Of a stretch of DNA of 64,000 nt, positions 60,606-64,000 are shown piece after piece (position 1 is the stretch's first letter; the number at the start of each line of letters is the position of its first letter). This DNA comes from Candidatus Poribacteria bacterium. Its GTDB lineage: Bacteria; Poribacteria; WGA-4E; PCPOR2b. The notes below the pieces were generated by a model. That model had not been told where the DNA came from, did not search any database, and worked only from the letters and a program-made list of their open reading frames with translations. The position numbers and the translations under genes are program-made. The stretch lies in contig OZ220744.1 of the NCBI GenBank assembly GCA_965116925.1, positions 1,216,001 to 1,280,000 on the forward strand, in the 5' to 3' direction.

Positions 60606-61553
60606 ATGCAACGAAGATACAATCTCACACATTTGATTTTAGCCGGCGTTGTCGTCTTGGGTCTAACGCCGCTGATGGCGGTCGTAGACGCACAAGGACG
60701 AATTGCCTTCATGTCTGATAGGGATTGGAACTGGGAAATCTACGTGATGGACGCCGATGGGGGCAATCTGCAGAACCTCACTAACAATCCTGGTGCTGAT
60801 AGGGACCCCTCATGGTCACCGGACGCTAAACGCATTGCCTTTACTTCCGGTAGGGAGTGGAACCGGCAAATCTACGTCATGGACGCCGATGGAGGCAATC
60901 CGCAAAACCTTTCTAACAACGACTCTGATGAATGGGATCCTTCATGGTCGCCGGATGGTAAACGCATTCTCTTTGTTTCCACGGTGGACATCTACGTGAT
61001 GGATGCCGATGGAGACAACCCCAGAAACCTCACCCATGGCCGCCGCCTGAATGAATGGGCCCCCTCATGGTCTCCGGACGGTCAACACATTGTCTTTGTT
61101 GGCATTGGAGCGGATGTGGGCTCGGACATCTACGTGATGGACGCCGATGGAGCGAATCCGCGAAACCTCACTAACAATCCTGATGCTGATAGAGACCCCT
61201 CATGGTCCCCTAACGGTAAGCGTATTGCTTTTTCGTCCACGAGGAATGGGCAAACAGACATCTATGTGATGGACGCCGATGGGGGTAATGAGCAAAACAT
61301 CACCAATCATCCCGATAAGGACTGGCATCCCTCATGGTCGCCGGACAGTGAACGGATTGCCTTCGTGTCGAGTCGGACGAGGGATTTGAATCGGGACATC
61401 TACGTAATGGACGCCGATGGAGCGAATCCGCGAAACATCACCAATCATCTTGAGGATGACGAAGATCCTGCATGGCTTAACCCTGTGCTTTCAGTTGCTC
61501 CCGTAGGCAAAAAATTCACGACATGGGGATGGCTGAAACAGGTTGACCGATAA
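60606..61553 (+). CDS. Secreted TolB-like PD40 beta-propeller protein
   Basis: Same family; C-terminus SVAPVGKKFTTWGWLKQVDR. Confidence 0.88.
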   Translation: MQRRYNLTHLILAGVVVLGLTPLMAVVDAQGRIAFMSDRDWNWEIYVMDADGGNLQNLTNNPGADRDPSWSPDAKRIAFTSGREWNRQIYVMDADGGNPQNLSNNDSDEWDPSWSPDGKRILFVSTVDIYVMDADGDNPRNLTHGRRLNEWAPSWSPDGQHIVFVGIGADVGSDIYVMDADGANPRNLTNNPDADRDPSWSPNGKRIAFSSTRNGQTDIYVMDADGGNEQNITNHPDKDWHPSWSPDSERIAFVSSRTRDLNRDIYVMDADGANPRNITNHLEDDEDPAWLNPVLSVAPVGKKFTTWGWLKQVDR

Positions 61554-61562
61554 CTGCCATTT

Positions 61563-62063
61563 TATGGTGAATACCAAAAACAGATAGGCACTTTCGCCCC
61601 TCGGTTTCGATCCTGATTTATCGGGGCCGGTAGGTGCGGTTTCCTAACCGCACCGGTTTGGAGTGTCTAGGGCGTGTTGACATTTTGAAGCTGCTCATTC
61701 GGCAGACGCTGTAATCATCAGGCAATCTGACAAATGTAGCGCAAACTGTTAGTTTGCAGACTCGGATACCAATCTAACAGATCGGGGGACAAAAGGAGAT
61801 TGTAGGTCGAGATTCATATCTCGACAAAATACACACCGTGGCGTACAACAAGCCGGGTTCATTGAGCAAAAACTATCGCATGATGTGCTACGGGGTGTCG
61901 ATTTTGGAAAATCGACCTACAGAAATCCGAAGCTATATCTAGTGTGTGAATAAAGGGGTGGGAGACCCAACCCCTACGAGGAGCTATGTGTCTGTATGCC
62001 CTCTTGATTATCTGATTGCGCTGAAATGTCAACAGAACCTAAGTAATTATAAAATCTACTATA
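61563..62063. mobile_element. MITE family A interrupted by a nested element
   Basis: Family A left part up to gagtgtcTA resumes as TAagtaattataaaatctactata. Confidence 0.78.
61670..62039. mobile_element. MITE family E (IS5-like TIR) with four REP-like palindromes
   Basis: GGGCGTGTTGACATTT ... AAATGTCAACAGAACC with a TA duplication. Confidence 0.75.
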
Positions 62064-62147
62064 ATTGCAAAGAGTTTGCCAACCCAAGCTGACCGCTATT
62101 ACCCCAAAGAATAATAAACCGATTTGACAACAGAGGAGGAATAACAG

Positions 62148-63176
62148 ATGCAACGGAGATATAATCTCGCCCATTTGATTTTAGCTAATGTGGTAGTCTT
62201 CGTACTGACACCGTTGATGATAGCCGTTGCGGCACAGGCACGGATTGTCTTCCAGTCTAATAGGGATGGGCATGTCCACCCCAGATTCGGTTGGACCTCT
62301 TTTGAAATCTATGTGATGGAGGTTGATGGGAACAATCAGCGTAGACTCACCAATAATCCCAATTGGGACACACAGCCCTCATGGTCTCCTGACGGTAAAC
62401 GGATTGCATTCAGGTCTGATAGGGATGGGAACGACGAAATCTACGTGATGGACGCCGATGGGGGCAATCCTCAAAACCTCACTAACAATCCCAATAGTGA
62501 TTCGTCTCCCTCATGGTCTCCTGACGGTGAACGGATTGTCTTCTCGTCTGATAGGGATGGGAATAGGGATGGGAACCGGGAAAACTATGAAATCTACGTG
62601 ATGGACAACGATGGGAACAATCAGCACAGACTCACTGACAACGGTTTTTTTGACACAGCTCCCTCATGCTCCCCTGACGGTAAACGGATTGCATTCAGGT
62701 CTCGGCGGGATGGGCACTTTATAGGCGAATTTGGACTCACTTATGAAATCTACGTGATGGACATCGATGGGGGGAATGAACAGAGGCTCACTGAAAATCG
62801 TAAGGCAGATTCGTCTCCCTCATGGTCTCCTGACGGTAAATGGATTGTCTTCTCGGCTGATAGGAAGGGAGACGGTGTAAACTATGAAATCTACGTGATG
62901 GACGCCGATGGGAACAACCAGCGTAGACTCACCAATAATCGCCATCATGACAAAACTCCCTCATGGTCGTCTGACGGCAAACGTATTGTCTTTTCGTCTT
63001 ATAGGGATGGGAACGCAGAAATCTACGTGATGGATGCCGATGGGGGGAATCAACAAAAACTTACCAATAATCCCCATCTTGACGGTGCTCCTGCGTGGTT
63101 TGGTCCTGCCTTTGCAGTTGCTCCCACAGGCAAAAAATTCACGACATGGGGACGGCTGAAACAGGTTGACCGATAA
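62148..63176 (+). CDS. Secreted TolB-like PD40 beta-propeller protein
   Basis: Same family; C-terminus AVAPTGKKFTTWGRLKQVDR. Confidence 0.88.
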   Translation: MQRRYNLAHLILANVVVFVLTPLMIAVAAQARIVFQSNRDGHVHPRFGWTSFEIYVMEVDGNNQRRLTNNPNWDTQPSWSPDGKRIAFRSDRDGNDEIYVMDADGGNPQNLTNNPNSDSSPSWSPDGERIVFSSDRDGNRDGNRENYEIYVMDNDGNNQHRLTDNGFFDTAPSCSPDGKRIAFRSRRDGHFIGEFGLTYEIYVMDIDGGNEQRLTENRKADSSPSWSPDGKWIVFSADRKGDGVNYEIYVMDADGNNQRRLTNNRHHDKTPSWSSDGKRIVFSSYRDGNAEIYVMDADGGNQQKLTNNPHLDGAPAWFGPAFAVAPTGKKFTTWGRLKQVDR

Positions 63177-63192
63177 CTATTATTATTAAGAA

Positions 63193-63283
63193 GGCTCATG
63201 TAAAAAGAAAATGCAAAACATGAAGAGAAACCGAGTTTTTTCTTGAAAACTCGGTTTCTTTGCACTAAAATCTTAACATGAGC
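63193..63283. mobile_element. MITE family B (short)
   Basis: Family B ends; internal agaaaccgagtttt..aaaactcggtttct hairpin shared with 59881-59913. Confidence 0.78.
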
Positions 63284-63490
63284 GATGGTGAATACCAAAA
63301 ATAAATAGACACTTTCGTCCCTCGGTTTCGATCCCCCCGATAAATCGGGGTAAACTTATTATCGGGGCCGGTAGGTGCGGTTTCCAACCGCACCGAATAG
63401 ACGCAGCTAGAAACAGCGCCTACCAAACGGTCGTTTCGCTTTCCTAACCCCCCGGTTTGGAGTGTCTCATTAATTCTAAAATCTACCATA
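63284..63490. mobile_element. MITE family A
   Basis: atggtgaataccaaaaataaatagacac...cattaattctaaaatctaccata. Confidence 0.78.
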
Positions 63491-63510
63491 ATTGTAAAGG
63501 AAGTGCCTAA

Positions 63511-64000
63511 GAACCTGTTTTAAAAAGATCCATTCTACTCAAGAGTTCATGTTTACGTTTATTCATTGGAACTGTAAATACCATTCCAATGAAAGGGCTA
63601 AACATGACCCAAACAACCTATCCCACAGATTTGACCGATGCCCAGTGGGACAACCTGTTACCCTATCTGCCAGAACCTTCACCGGTAGGCAGACCGCTCA
63701 AATGGGGGTTGCGCGCAATTATCAACGCTATTTTTTATGTAGTCAAATCCGGCTGTCAATGGCGAATGCTCCCCCATCAGATGCCACCATGGCAAACGGT
63801 CTATTCCCGTTTCAGAAAATGGAAAACTGATGGCACATGGATTCTGATTCATCAAGCACTTCATAACCAAATCCGTTGTGATATTGGCAAAGCCCCTTCA
63901 CCGACAGTCGCTATCATTGACAGCCAATCGGTCAAGACGACCGAACTGGCAGATAGTAGCGGCTTTGATGCACATAAGAAAGTCAAAGGGCGTAAACGTC
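63511..64000 (+). mobile_element. IS5-family (IS1031-like) element; transposase from 63604 runs off the window
   Basis: Translated by hand: MTQTTYPTDLTDAQW..GRP..IFYVVKSGCQWRMLP..PPWQTVY..IIDSQSVK..GFDAHKKVKGRKR; putative left IR gaacctgttttaaaa after TAA. Confidence 0.9.

Noticed and set aside
29744..63176. Diversity-generating retroelement acting on the propeller genes
   Set aside because: No reverse transcriptase is present, and no template/variable repeat pair with adenine-specific differences was seen.
28161..63490. Recurring palindromic repeats as a CRISPR array
   Set aside because: They are dispersed, not regularly spaced with unique spacers, and no cas genes are present.
60487..63510. 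Integron cassette array
   Set aside because: No integrase and no convincing attC structure; the spacers are explained by MITEs.

Overview
A 64-kb bacterial chromosomal window. Gene content and C-terminal motifs suggest Candidatus Poribacteria or a related lineage; this is an inference, not a database result. It contains: a form II-type coxSLM molybdoenzyme cluster; an ECF sigma-ankyrin fusion; three tandem membrane-anchored ECF sigma paralogues; an Omp85/PA14/Omp85 triplet; housekeeping genes (dapB, tyrA-cmk-plsC, thiO); many catabolic enzymes; four paralogous secreted TolB-like (PD40) beta-propeller genes; and a partial IS5 transposase at the right edge. Intergenic DNA is dense with at least five families of MITEs, often nested, plus GTAG-type REP palindromes. 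The three most notable observations are: (1) a 2.2-kb transposase-less unit with MITE ends and a 7-bp target duplication that carries two beta-propeller genes and sits in a -10 box; (2) a conserved junction in the ECF fusions (A7-8 tract, out-of-frame TAA, internal RBS+ATG) that could give several products from one gene; (3) the loop-variable propeller family sharing a C-terminal WG-x-LK motif. No CRISPR array, tRNA, rRNA, integrase or reverse transcriptase was recognised.
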